DNA of 12,458 bases, taken from assembly GCA_051746725.1 (NCBI GenBank), contig JBNJFI010000046.1:1-12458 (forward strand), written 5' to 3'. Under the pieces are notes generated by a model. It was not told where the DNA came from, searched no databases, and saw only the letters and a program-made list of their open reading frames with translations. Positions 1 to 7,369 of this stretch are shown one piece after another. Position 1 is the first letter of the stretch, and every line of letters starts with the position of its first letter. This DNA is from Fusobacteriota bacterium (GTDB taxonomy: Bacteria > Fusobacteriota > Fusobacteriia > Fusobacteriales > JBNJFI01). Made by a program: the position numbers and the translations under genes.

Positions 1-28
1 AAATTGTATATTTTTTAAAGGAGGGGTT

Positions 29-208
29 ATGAGACCTACAAAATTACTTAAAAGGATAAATGAACTAGCTAAAAAATCCAAAGAAGGAAATTTAACTAAA
101 TCTGAAAAGACAGAGCAAAAAAAACTCAGAGAGCAATATCTTAAAAACTTTAGGAAAAAATTTTCTAAACAATTAGATAACATAAAAATTGTAAGACCTG
201 ATAATTAA
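29..208 (+). CDS. DUF896 / UPF0291 (YnzC-like) small protein, 59 aa; not in the supplied ORF track
   Basis: Hand translation: MRPTKLLKRINELAKKSKEGNLTKSEKTEQKKLREQYLKNFRKKFSKQLDNIKIVRPDN*. The RINELAKK..GxLT..E..EQ..LR..YL..FR...L pattern is the DUF896 signature. Strong SD AAAGGAGG at 17-24, ATG 29-31, TAA 206-208, followed by a terminator hairpin. Confidence 0.9.
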   Translation: MRPTKLLKRINELAKKSKEGNLTKSEKTEQKKLREQYLKNFRKKFSKQLDNIKIVRPDN

Positions 209-210
209 TT

Positions 211-253
211 ATAAAAAGGGTATAAATGGCAATGCCATTTATACCCTTTTTAT
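211..253. terminator. Bidirectional intrinsic terminator between convergent genes
   Basis: Perfect 21-bp inverted repeat ATAAAAAGGGTATAAATGGCA (211-231) / TGCCATTTATACCCTTTTTAT (233-253). The A5/T5 tracts give a U-run on both strands. It lies between the stop at 208 (+) and the stop at 253-255 (-). Confidence 0.9.
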
Positions 254-732
254 TAAGCTGCTTTGTTGAATCTACCTTTATCAATTTCTTTGTTCTCATC
301 TTTATTTTTTTGATCTCGTTTTAATATATTCTTCTTAGTATATACCATTAATCCCATAAATAATAAACTTAATATGGCAACTAAACTACGAAGTAAATAA
401 GAAGGTTTCTTCTCATTTATATTATACTTTGGTAAATTTTCTTCATATGCTAAAATTGTAGAAAAATCTGATATATTTCTAACTTCAGTTATTCGAAATT
501 TTTCCTGTCTTGGTCTTCCTGCTATTGGAATCATATAAGTATCAAACTTAACATTCTCCCCTTTTATCTCATAACTTCCAACTACCTCATTTCCATAACT
601 TTTCTTATGCAACTCTTTTTTGAGATCAGATTTTAACTCTAATACTCTCATTTCAAGATCCGCCGAATCTACTTGTCCATAGCTAACTAAGATCAACATA
701 AAAAAAGTCACCAACATAACTCTTTTCCCCAT
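253..732 (-). CDS. Hypothetical membrane-anchored protein (N-terminal signal/TM segment, C-terminal TM, charged tail), about 159 aa
   Basis: ORF track 253..738. The SD AGGGAGG (739-745) abuts the ATG at 738 but lies 6 nt from the ATG at 732, so 732 is preferred. MGKR plus hydrophobic VMLVTFFMLILVSYG at the N-terminus; TM LLRSLVAILSLLFMGLMVY followed by a Lys-rich tail. No family recognised. Confidence 0.7.
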   Translation of the reverse strand: MGKRVMLVTFFMLILVSYGQVDSADLEMRVLELKSDLKKELHKKSYGNEVVGSYEIKGENVKFDTYMIPIAGRPRQEKFRITEVRNISDFSTILAYEENLPKYNINEKKPSYLLRSLVAILSLLFMGLMVYTKKNILKRDQKNKDENKEIDKGRFNKAA

Positions 733-781
733 TGTCATCCTCCCTATTGTAATTCTAATTTTTTTATTCTAAAGTCTTAGT

Positions 782-1963
782 TTACTTATCGACAAATTTT
801 AACTTTTCATAAGCAGAAAAATAAACTTTTTTATCACCAAAGGCTCCAGGCTTTGTTATTATATTATATTTAAAATCTAAACTCTTACCCAAAGGTATTC
901 CTGTTTGGATTTTTTCTTGTAGATTTAACCCTTTTATATCTAATCTTTTAAGAATCTTATACGATATTTCTCCCCCGGTCATTATAATATTGCGTATATC
1001 ATATTTTTTAATTAATTCAACACTTTTTTGAGCAATATAATCACTTATAATCGATGTAGCTTCTCTGTTAGATGTTCCTGTTTCATTATATTTTCTTAAA
1101 ATACTTTGAGGCTCTTTTTTATTATCCAAAGTCTTGATAAATATATCTTTATTGTCGTTGATAGATTCTTTCAAATCGTCGTTTTTGTTAAAAACATCTA
1201 ATTTTAATATATTAAATTTTTCTTTTTTTTTATTTAAAAAATTATCCACCTGTTTTATATTGGTTTCTGAACATGATCCAGATATTATAATAGTTTTTCT
1301 TTTATTCATTCCCCAGTATTTTGGTAAATACTCCATTATGCCAGCCGATCCAATAATATATTTATCTTGGTTCAATTTAACTAAGGTCTCAGCAATTTTA
1401 TTTAAGTCTTCTTGAGTTTCAGAATCAAAAATTATTATTTTATTCTCTAATCCCTTTATTTTTTCTGCCATTCCCCTTCTTATGTCTGACTTCTTAATAA
1501 CCAAGGCCTCGGGAAAGATTTCTTTTAAATCGTCTTCTATCACCGGATTTGCCGGATCATTTGCAAATTCGGTATCCTTTAACCTCTTTCCATTTAAATA
1601 ATGAACTCCATTAATTATTTTTCTTCCCATTTTGGGAAATCCAATTATCACAGATATTATTTCATCGTCATTTTTATTTTCAACAATAGCATCTATTTCT
1701 GATTTAATATTCCCACGGAGAGTTGAATCAACTTTTTTGTAAAATTTATCAAATCCATTTTTTTTTATCTCACCGAAAATCTTATTTACTTTTTCATATG
1801 ATACTTTAGGCGTTGAATTTCTAGTTTCACTGCTTATGATGTTAACATCCGATATTTCAGGAATATTATCTATAACAGAAAAAATATTTAATCCATATTG
1901 TTTTAAATTTATACCTATATCATTTGAACCAGTAAAATCGTCAGATAATATTACTAAATTCAT
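782..1963 (-). CDS. Four-carbon acid sugar kinase family protein (DUF1537; DtnK/DenK/OtnK-like)
   Basis: Motifs DDFTGSND (family DDxTGAxD), SETRN, YKKVDSTLRGN, FANDPANPV, GSAG, GSCS, TGGE and C-terminal TKPGAFG. SD GGAGGT at 1968-1973. Confidence 0.88.
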   Translation of the reverse strand: MNLVILSDDFTGSNDIGINLKQYGLNIFSVIDNIPEISDVNIISSETRNSTPKVSYEKVNKIFGEIKKNGFDKFYKKVDSTLRGNIKSEIDAIVENKNDDEIISVIIGFPKMGRKIINGVHYLNGKRLKDTEFANDPANPVIEDDLKEIFPEALVIKKSDIRRGMAEKIKGLENKIIIFDSETQEDLNKIAETLVKLNQDKYIIGSAGIMEYLPKYWGMNKRKTIIISGSCSETNIKQVDNFLNKKKEKFNILKLDVFNKNDDLKESINDNKDIFIKTLDNKKEPQSILRKYNETGTSNREATSIISDYIAQKSVELIKKYDIRNIIMTGGEISYKILKRLDIKGLNLQEKIQTGIPLGKSLDFKYNIITKPGAFGDKKVYFSAYEKLKFVDK

Positions 1964-1981
1964 AAGTACCTCCAGTTCATT

Positions 1982-2003
1982 AAATTGTAAAAAAATTGTA
2001 AAA
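1982..2003. repeat. 11-bp perfect tandem direct repeat (AAATTGTAAAA)x2, possible regulator site upstream of the kinase
   Basis: Copies at 1982-1992 and 1993-2003; contains TGTAAA-N5-TGTAAA (1986-2002). The repeat is seen directly; its function is inferred. Confidence 0.4.
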
Positions 2004-2035
2004 GAAAAAGAACACAGCTATTAACTGCGTCCTTT
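2000..2035 (-). terminator. Intrinsic terminator immediately after the cheY-like gene
   Basis: Minus strand after TAG: AAAGGACGCAGTT-AAT-AGCTGTGTTCTTT then TTCTTTT. This gives a 13-bp stem with three G-U pairs (valid only on the minus-strand RNA), a 3-nt loop and a U-rich tail. Confidence 0.75.
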
Positions 2036-2398
2036 CTACCTTTCTGCTATATCTTTTAATCTCTTTACAGTTTTCTTTTTATCAAATGGTTTTACTATAA
2101 AATCCATAGCACCAGCTTCCAAAGCCTCTTTTACCATAGGCTTTTGTCCCATTGCACTACACATTATGATTCTTGCATTTGAATCGTCAGATAATATTTT
2201 TTTTACTGCAGATATACCATCCATTTCTGGCATTGTTATATCCATTGTAACCAAATCCGGATTTAAACTTTGATATTTTTCAAATGCTTCTCTTCCATTT
2301 GAAGCTTCCCCCACTATTTCAAATATATCTTTAGGTAATACCGTTTTTAACATATTTCTCATAAATAATGAATCATCTACTACTAATAATTTTATCAT
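2036..2398 (-). CDS. cheY: Single-domain response regulator, CheY-like (Bacillus/Thermotoga type)
   Basis: 120-aa receiver domain only: VVDDSLFMR, phosphoacceptor in MDITMPEMDG, MCSAMGQ, AGAMDFIVKPF. SD GGAGG at 2405-2409 lies inside coaD. The receiver fold is certain; a chemotaxis role is not shown. Confidence 0.85.
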   Translation of the reverse strand: MIKLLVVDDSLFMRNMLKTVLPKDIFEIVGEASNGREAFEKYQSLNPDLVTMDITMPEMDGISAVKKILSDDSNARIIMCSAMGQKPMVKEALEAGAMDFIVKPFDKKKTVKRLKDIAER

Positions 2399-2897
2399 TA
2401 GTTCCTCCCTTAATCTCTTCTACTTTTTTGCAAATATCTTCAAGTATTCTTTTATCCACAAATTCTGAAATTTCTCCATTATTTAGAGCAATCTCTTTTA
2501 CCAAACTCGAGCTTAAATATAAGTTATCTCTTGAAGCTGATAAAAAAACTGTCTCCACTTTCTCCTTTGACAGAGTTGAATTTGTAAGAGCCATCTGTAA
2601 CTCATACTCATAATCTGACACAGCTCTTAAACCCCTAATAATGACATTAGCATTTTTATGATTTGCAAAATTAACTAAAAGCCCTTGAAAACTTTCTATC
2701 TTTATTTTATCATGTTTTACTATTTTTTTCAACATTTTTACTCTTTGATCGGAAGTAAACCATGTTTTTTTTTTATAATTTGTCAAAACCCCTATTATAA
2801 CCTCATCAAACAGGTTAACTGAACGATTTATAATATCCAAATGCCCATTGGTAACTAGATCAAAGCTTCCTGGATATATTGCAATTTTTTTTTCCAT
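2373..2897 (-). CDS. coaD: Pantetheine-phosphate adenylyltransferase
   Basis: YPGSFDxxTNGH nucleotidyltransferase motif, IIRGLRAVSDYEYE, ETVFL, LSSSLVKEIA. SD GAGGT at 2902-2906. Confidence 0.96.
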   Translation of the reverse strand: MEKKIAIYPGSFDLVTNGHLDIINRSVNLFDEVIIGVLTNYKKKTWFTSDQRVKMLKKIVKHDKIKIESFQGLLVNFANHKNANVIIRGLRAVSDYEYELQMALTNSTLSKEKVETVFLSASRDNLYLSSSLVKEIALNNGEISEFVDKRILEDICKKVEEIKGGTNDKIISSR

Positions 2898-2905
2898 TTT
2901 AACCT

Positions 2906-4372
2906 CTACTTCTCTAGTAAAATATTAATATCTTTTTTAGCCATCATCTTTTGCGGTTGTATATTAATTGTTTTTTCTTTGGTATTTAGATACATCTTTA
3001 TGTAATCTAAATAATTATCATTTATTCTTTGGCATACTTCTGGATGTGCATTTAAATTCAGTTTCGAAATATCTGTATCTTTAGCCAAGGTTGTTATCTC
3101 TTCAAACATTTTCATTATAGTAATATCCATTGATTGCTTTCGACCTGTTCCATTGCAGTGATTACACTTTTCAAAAAAGTATCTATCTAAACTTTTACCA
3201 ACTCTTTTTCGAGTCATTTCAACTAAACCCAATTCACTAAAGTGAACTATTTTGTTTCTAATACGATCATTTTTTAAACTCTTTTCAAATTCTTCTAATA
3301 ATTTCTCTTTATCTTCTTCTAATTTCATATCAATAAAATCAATTATTATTATTCCAGCTAAATTTCTAAGTCTTAACTGTCTGGCAATTTCTTTAGCTGC
3401 CTGAATATTTGTTTTAACTACTGTTTCTTCTAAGTTGCTTTCCCCTATGTTTTTTCCTGTATTAACATCTATACTTATCAAAGCCTCTGTTTTTTCAATA
3501 ATTAAGTATCCTCCACAATCTAACCAAACTTTTGTTGACAACGCCTCTTTTAATTCTGACTCAATATTATATTTTTCAAAAATAGGAGTATCTCCATCAT
3601 ATAATTTGACTTTCACCTTAGAATCTTTATCAGAAAATGCTGATATATAATCTATTAATTCCCAATATTTTTTTTCTGAATTCACTATTAGTTTATCTAA
3701 TTTAATTGAATATAGATCCCTCAAAATTCTCTCTAACATATCTGTCTCTTGATAGATTATTTGACCCATAGGGGCAACCAATATTTCTTCTTCCACTTTT
3801 TTCCATTTTTTTATGAGATATTCTACTTCTTTTATTAATTTAAATTTATCTATATCCTTGGCAGCTGTTCTTATTATTACTCCTATATCCTCTGGACAGA
3901 TATCTTGCAATAAAGTTTCTAGTCTTTCCTTTTCCTGTTCATCCTTTATTTTCTTAGAAATTGCTATATAATCACTATTTGGCATGAGAACCAGATATTT
4001 CCCAGGGATAGTAAAATGAGTTGTCACTCTAGCCCCTTTAGTTCCCCTTGGTTCTTTTAATATTTGTACTGGTATTCTATCTCCTATAGATATAATATCT
4101 TCTATTGATTTTTTGCTTTTCTCAATACCGTCTACATATTTAGTTTCATATTCTCTCAAGTCATCTATATACAAAAAAGCATTTTTTGATAAACCTATAT
4201 CAATGAAAGCAGCTTCCATACCAGGCAAAACATTTGCCACTCTACCTATATATATATTTCCAATCAACCTTTTTTCTTCTTTATGCTCAAAAAAGTACTC
4301 TGTCAAACTATCTTCTTCTAATAGTGCAATTCTAGTTTCTAAATCATTTTTATCTACTACTAATTTTTTCAT
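2906..4372 (-). CDS. rng: Ribonuclease E/G family endoribonuclease (RNase G-sized, 488 aa)
   Basis: S1 domain GNIYIGRVANVLPGMEAAFIDIG, KEPRGTKGARVT, catalytic IDVNTG and GIIIIDFIDM, GLVEMTRKR, Zn-link CNHCNGTG. No long RNase E scaffold tail. The start overlaps the upstream stop (ATGA, 4369-4372). Confidence 0.93.
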   Translation of the reverse strand: MKKLVVDKNDLETRIALLEEDSLTEYFFEHKEEKRLIGNIYIGRVANVLPGMEAAFIDIGLSKNAFLYIDDLREYETKYVDGIEKSKKSIEDIISIGDRIPVQILKEPRGTKGARVTTHFTIPGKYLVLMPNSDYIAISKKIKDEQEKERLETLLQDICPEDIGVIIRTAAKDIDKFKLIKEVEYLIKKWKKVEEEILVAPMGQIIYQETDMLERILRDLYSIKLDKLIVNSEKKYWELIDYISAFSDKDSKVKVKLYDGDTPIFEKYNIESELKEALSTKVWLDCGGYLIIEKTEALISIDVNTGKNIGESNLEETVVKTNIQAAKEIARQLRLRNLAGIIIIDFIDMKLEEDKEKLLEEFEKSLKNDRIRNKIVHFSELGLVEMTRKRVGKSLDRYFFEKCNHCNGTGRKQSMDITIMKMFEEITTLAKDTDISKLNLNAHPEVCQRINDNYLDYIKMYLNTKEKTINIQPQKMMAKKDINILLEK

Positions 4373-5418
4373 TGATAATCACACTCTTCTATCTCTTTTT
4401 TTATGTTCGCTAACATATCTTTTCTATTATATATAACTTCATTTATCATTACCTTATTTCTTTTTATATCAGGATCTGATTTTATATCTATCTTTTGATT
4501 TAATCTTATTTTGTTTTTTTTGTTCATCCCTATCGCCTTAGAGATATCTCTATGATTAACTTTTATATTCAAAAAATCTTTCTCATTTAATTTATTTATA
4601 AAAAATCTATAATAAATTTCAGTTTCAGCTAATTCTCTATATGCTGAATGAAAAGGCCCGCTGATAATCACTCCTTCTTCTCTTAAATCATCTGAAGGTT
4701 GTAAACCAACTCTGATTATTTTTATATCATTTAATTCTAATAATGCTATCATAGGAACAATTCTCTGTATACTTTCTTCTAGGTCTAATGGAATGTATAA
4801 CTCTTTTTTATACCACTCTTCTAATTTAGTTTCATTAATTACAAGTGTGGGATATATCCTTACCATATCTGGATTTATTTTTACAATTTCTCTTATGCTA
4901 TTGAGATCACTTTTTTGGGTTGCCATGGGCAAACCCGGCATAATCTGAATTCCTAACTTAAATTGATGCTGTTTTATTAAGTTTACTGCCTTATGAATGA
5001 CATTGTTTGTATACCCTCTTTCAGATTTTTCTAAAACACTATTATCAAAAGATTGGATCCCAAGCTCTATTGTAGTTACGTTATTTCTCTTTAGAAAATT
5101 CAATATTTTTTCATTAATATAATCAGGCCGAGTTGAAAGCCTCACCCCGTCTATTTTTTGGGATATAATATAGGGCTTAACTTCATCTAAATATTCTTTT
5201 TGTAATTCATGTGGTATACCTGTAAAACTTCCACCAAAAAAAGCTACTTCTTTATAGCTGTCTTTTGGAAGAGTTTCCAAATAACTATCTATTGTTTTTT
5301 TTATATCTTCTTTTTGAATATTGGTTTCATGACCTGTTATCTTTTTTTGATTACAAAATACACATTGGTGCGGACATCCGTAATGAACTATAAATATGGG
5401 AATATTATAGTAACTCAT
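4369..5418 (-). CDS. Elp3-like radical SAM protein without an acetyltransferase domain, about 349 aa
   Basis: CxxxCxxC motif CPHQCVFC (5353-5376), FFGGSFT, RLSTRPD, IELGIQS, RIYPT. Start moved from 5490 to the ATG at 5418 (MSYYNIPIF), which has SD GGAGAT at 5427-5432. The 5490 start would overlap rnc by 86 nt. Confidence 0.85.
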   Translation of the reverse strand: MSYYNIPIFIVHYGCPHQCVFCNQKKITGHETNIQKEDIKKTIDSYLETLPKDSYKEVAFFGGSFTGIPHELQKEYLDEVKPYIISQKIDGVRLSTRPDYINEKILNFLKRNNVTTIELGIQSFDNSVLEKSERGYTNNVIHKAVNLIKQHQFKLGIQIMPGLPMATQKSDLNSIREIVKINPDMVRIYPTLVINETKLEEWYKKELYIPLDLEESIQRIVPMIALLELNDIKIIRVGLQPSDDLREEGVIISGPFHSAYRELAETEIYYRFFINKLNEKDFLNIKVNHRDISKAIGMNKKNKIRLNQKIDIKSDPDIKRNKVMINEVIYNRKDMLANIKKEIEECDYQ

Positions 5419-6097
5419 TAATATCAATCTCCATATTTTCGCAACTCTTTTTTGCTGCATTTTGTTCTGCATTTTTTTTATTTCTTCCATTTCCCTTGGC
5501 TAATATTTTTCCATTTAACTTAACACCTATTTCAAAAACTTTATTATGATCAGGTCCTTTTTCATTTAGAACAACATAATTAGGCAATTTTTTATACTTT
5601 TGTTGTATATATTCCTGCAAAATAGTTTTATAATCTATCAATTTTTCATTTTCTTCTATATGTTCTATTTTATATTTAAGAAATTTCAATACAAATTTTT
5701 TAGCATTTTTTAAATCAGAGTCTATGTATATGGCACCTAATAACGCCTCAAAAGCATCCCCTAATATAGAAGTTCTATTACGTCCCCCTGTTTTTTCTTC
5801 TCCTTTACTTAGTAACAGATATTTCCCTAGATCTATTTCAGATGATACTTCAGCTAATACTGGTTCACTTACTATCATTGCTTTTAATTTGGCCAATTCA
5901 CCTTCACTGGCCTCTTTATAGTTTTTGAATATATATTCTGTAACAACAAGATCTAGAACTGCGTCTCCAAGCAGTTCTAGCCTCTCATTATCTACATTTT
6001 TATATCTAGGATTTTCATTACCGTAGGATCTATGGATTAATGCTTTTTTCAGTATATCTTTATTTTTAAATTTATATCCTATCTTCTTTTCTAACAT
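5405..6097 (-). CDS. rnc: Ribonuclease III
   Basis: Signature NERLELLGDAVL (L in place of the usual F), EGELAK, GDAFEALLGAIYID, and C-terminal dsRBD DYKTILQEYIQ..GPDH..F..KKNAEQNAA. Confidence 0.97.
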   Translation of the reverse strand: MLEKKIGYKFKNKDILKKALIHRSYGNENPRYKNVDNERLELLGDAVLDLVVTEYIFKNYKEASEGELAKLKAMIVSEPVLAEVSSEIDLGKYLLLSKGEEKTGGRNRTSILGDAFEALLGAIYIDSDLKNAKKFVLKFLKYKIEHIEENEKLIDYKTILQEYIQQKYKKLPNYVVLNEKGPDHNKVFEIGVKLNGKILAKGNGRNKKNAEQNAAKKSCENMEIDINELL

Positions 6098-6109
6098 TAA
6101 TATCCCACC

Positions 6110-7351
6110 TTATTCATCATATTTTTTTATTGCTAAAACTCCATTATGTCCGCCGAACCCTAAAGAGTTTGATAATGCTACTTTAATATTATTTTTCACT
6201 GGTTTATTAGGGACATAATTTAAGTCACAATCTGGATCAGGATTTTCATAATTTATTGTAGGAGGCAAAACTCCTTCTTTTAAAGCCATAGTAACTATTG
6301 CTGCTTCTAATCCTCCAGCCGCTCCTAGAGCATGACCAGTTGATCCTTTAGTTGAACTGACATATAGATTCTTTGCCAAATCTCCAAATACAGATTTTAT
6401 AGCTTGTGTTTCTAGTCCGTCATTTGCAGGTGTAGAGGTTCCATGGGCATTTATATAACCAACATCTTCTAGGTCAACATTCCCCTCTTTTAAAGCCATT
6501 TTCATCGCTCTAGCTGCTCCTTCTCCTCCTGGTGCTGGAGCTGTCATGTGATGAGCATCTCCAGTTTCACCATAACCAACTATTTCAGCATAAATATCTG
6601 CTCCTCTTTTTTTAGCTGATTCTAATTCTTCTAAAATTAAAACTCCAGCTCCTTCTCCCATTACAAATCCATCTCTGTCTTTATTAAATGGTCGAGATGC
6701 TTTTTGGGGATCATCATTAAAATTAGTTGACAAAGCTTTTAAAGCACAAAACCCCCCTATACCTAATGGAGTTATACAGGCTTCTGTTCCTCCTGCAATC
6801 ATTGCTGTAATTTTTCCATTCTTTATCATTTCAAAGGCATCTCCTATAGAATGAGTTCCTGAAGCACAAGCAGTAACTACTGATTTATTAGGACCCTTTG
6901 CTCCTGTATATATAGAAACATTTCCTGCTGCCATATTTTCTATCATTGCAGGAATTGTAAATGGTGAAACTCGTCCTGGTCCACGCTTTAATAATCTTTC
7001 GTGCTGCTGTTCTAATACTTCCAGTCCACCTATCCCTGAACTTACTATAACTCCAATATCTTCAGCGTTGTCGTCGGTTATTTCTAATTTCGCATCTTCT
7101 AAAGCCATTTGCGAAGCTCCAATGGCAAAGTGAGTATATCTTGCTAATTTTTTTATCTCTCTTCTTTCAATATATTTCTTAGGATCAAAATCTGTTGCTT
7201 CTCCTGCTATTTGAGAATCATATTCAGAAGCATCAAAATGAGTTATCTTTCCAATTCCAGTTTCCCCTTTTTTGATTTTATCCCATGTATCCTTTGCATT
7301 ATTTGCTAAAGATGATACCATTCCTAGTCCTGTTATTACAACTCTTCTCAT
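6110..7351 (-). CDS. fabF: Beta-ketoacyl-ACP synthase II
   Basis: MRRVVITGLG start; catalytic Cys in TACAS; His in NAHGTST and in KGSTGHALGAAG; C-terminal NSLGFGGHN. SD GAGGTG at 7359-7364. Confidence 0.97.
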   Translation of the reverse strand: MRRVVITGLGMVSSLANNAKDTWDKIKKGETGIGKITHFDASEYDSQIAGEATDFDPKKYIERREIKKLARYTHFAIGASQMALEDAKLEITDDNAEDIGVIVSSGIGGLEVLEQQHERLLKRGPGRVSPFTIPAMIENMAAGNVSIYTGAKGPNKSVVTACASGTHSIGDAFEMIKNGKITAMIAGGTEACITPLGIGGFCALKALSTNFNDDPQKASRPFNKDRDGFVMGEGAGVLILEELESAKKRGADIYAEIVGYGETGDAHHMTAPAPGGEGAARAMKMALKEGNVDLEDVGYINAHGTSTPANDGLETQAIKSVFGDLAKNLYVSSTKGSTGHALGAAGGLEAAIVTMALKEGVLPPTINYENPDPDCDLNYVPNKPVKNNIKVALSNSLGFGGHNGVLAIKKYDE

Positions 7352-7369
7352 AATTAGTCACCTCTTTTT

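Noticed and set aside
421..435. LPKYN before the C-terminal TM as a sortase signal
   Set aside because: Does not match LPXTG, the cytoplasmic tail is longer than typical, and no sortase is in the window.
1134..1415. Plus-strand 93-aa ORF
   Set aside because: Antisense shadow of the DUF1537 kinase; non-ATG start, no SD, Phe/Ser/Ile-rich composition typical of reverse-frame translation.
1836..2024. Plus-strand 62-aa ORF
   Set aside because: Antisense to the kinase 5' end and the cheY terminator; no SD or recognisable motif.
2368..2613. Plus-strand 81-aa ORF
   Set aside because: Antisense shadow of coaD/cheY; no SD or family motif.
2765..2774. A10 run in coaD (and A9 at 1223-1231 in the kinase) as phase-variation or frameshift sites
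   Set aside because: Both encode KKK in intact frames, such runs are expected in AT-rich DNA, and coaD is normally essential.
3435..4436. Plus-strand ORFs 3435..3650 and 4113..4436
   Set aside because: Antisense shadows of rng with TTG starts and no SD.
5419..5490. 24-aa N-terminal extension of the radical SAM ORF
   Set aside because: It is an alternative frame of the rnc 3' end; the ATG at 5418 has an SD and fits the expected distance to the CxxxCxxC motif.
5209..5921. Plus-strand ORFs 5209..5421 and 5724..5921
   Set aside because: Antisense to the radical SAM gene and rnc; no supporting signals.
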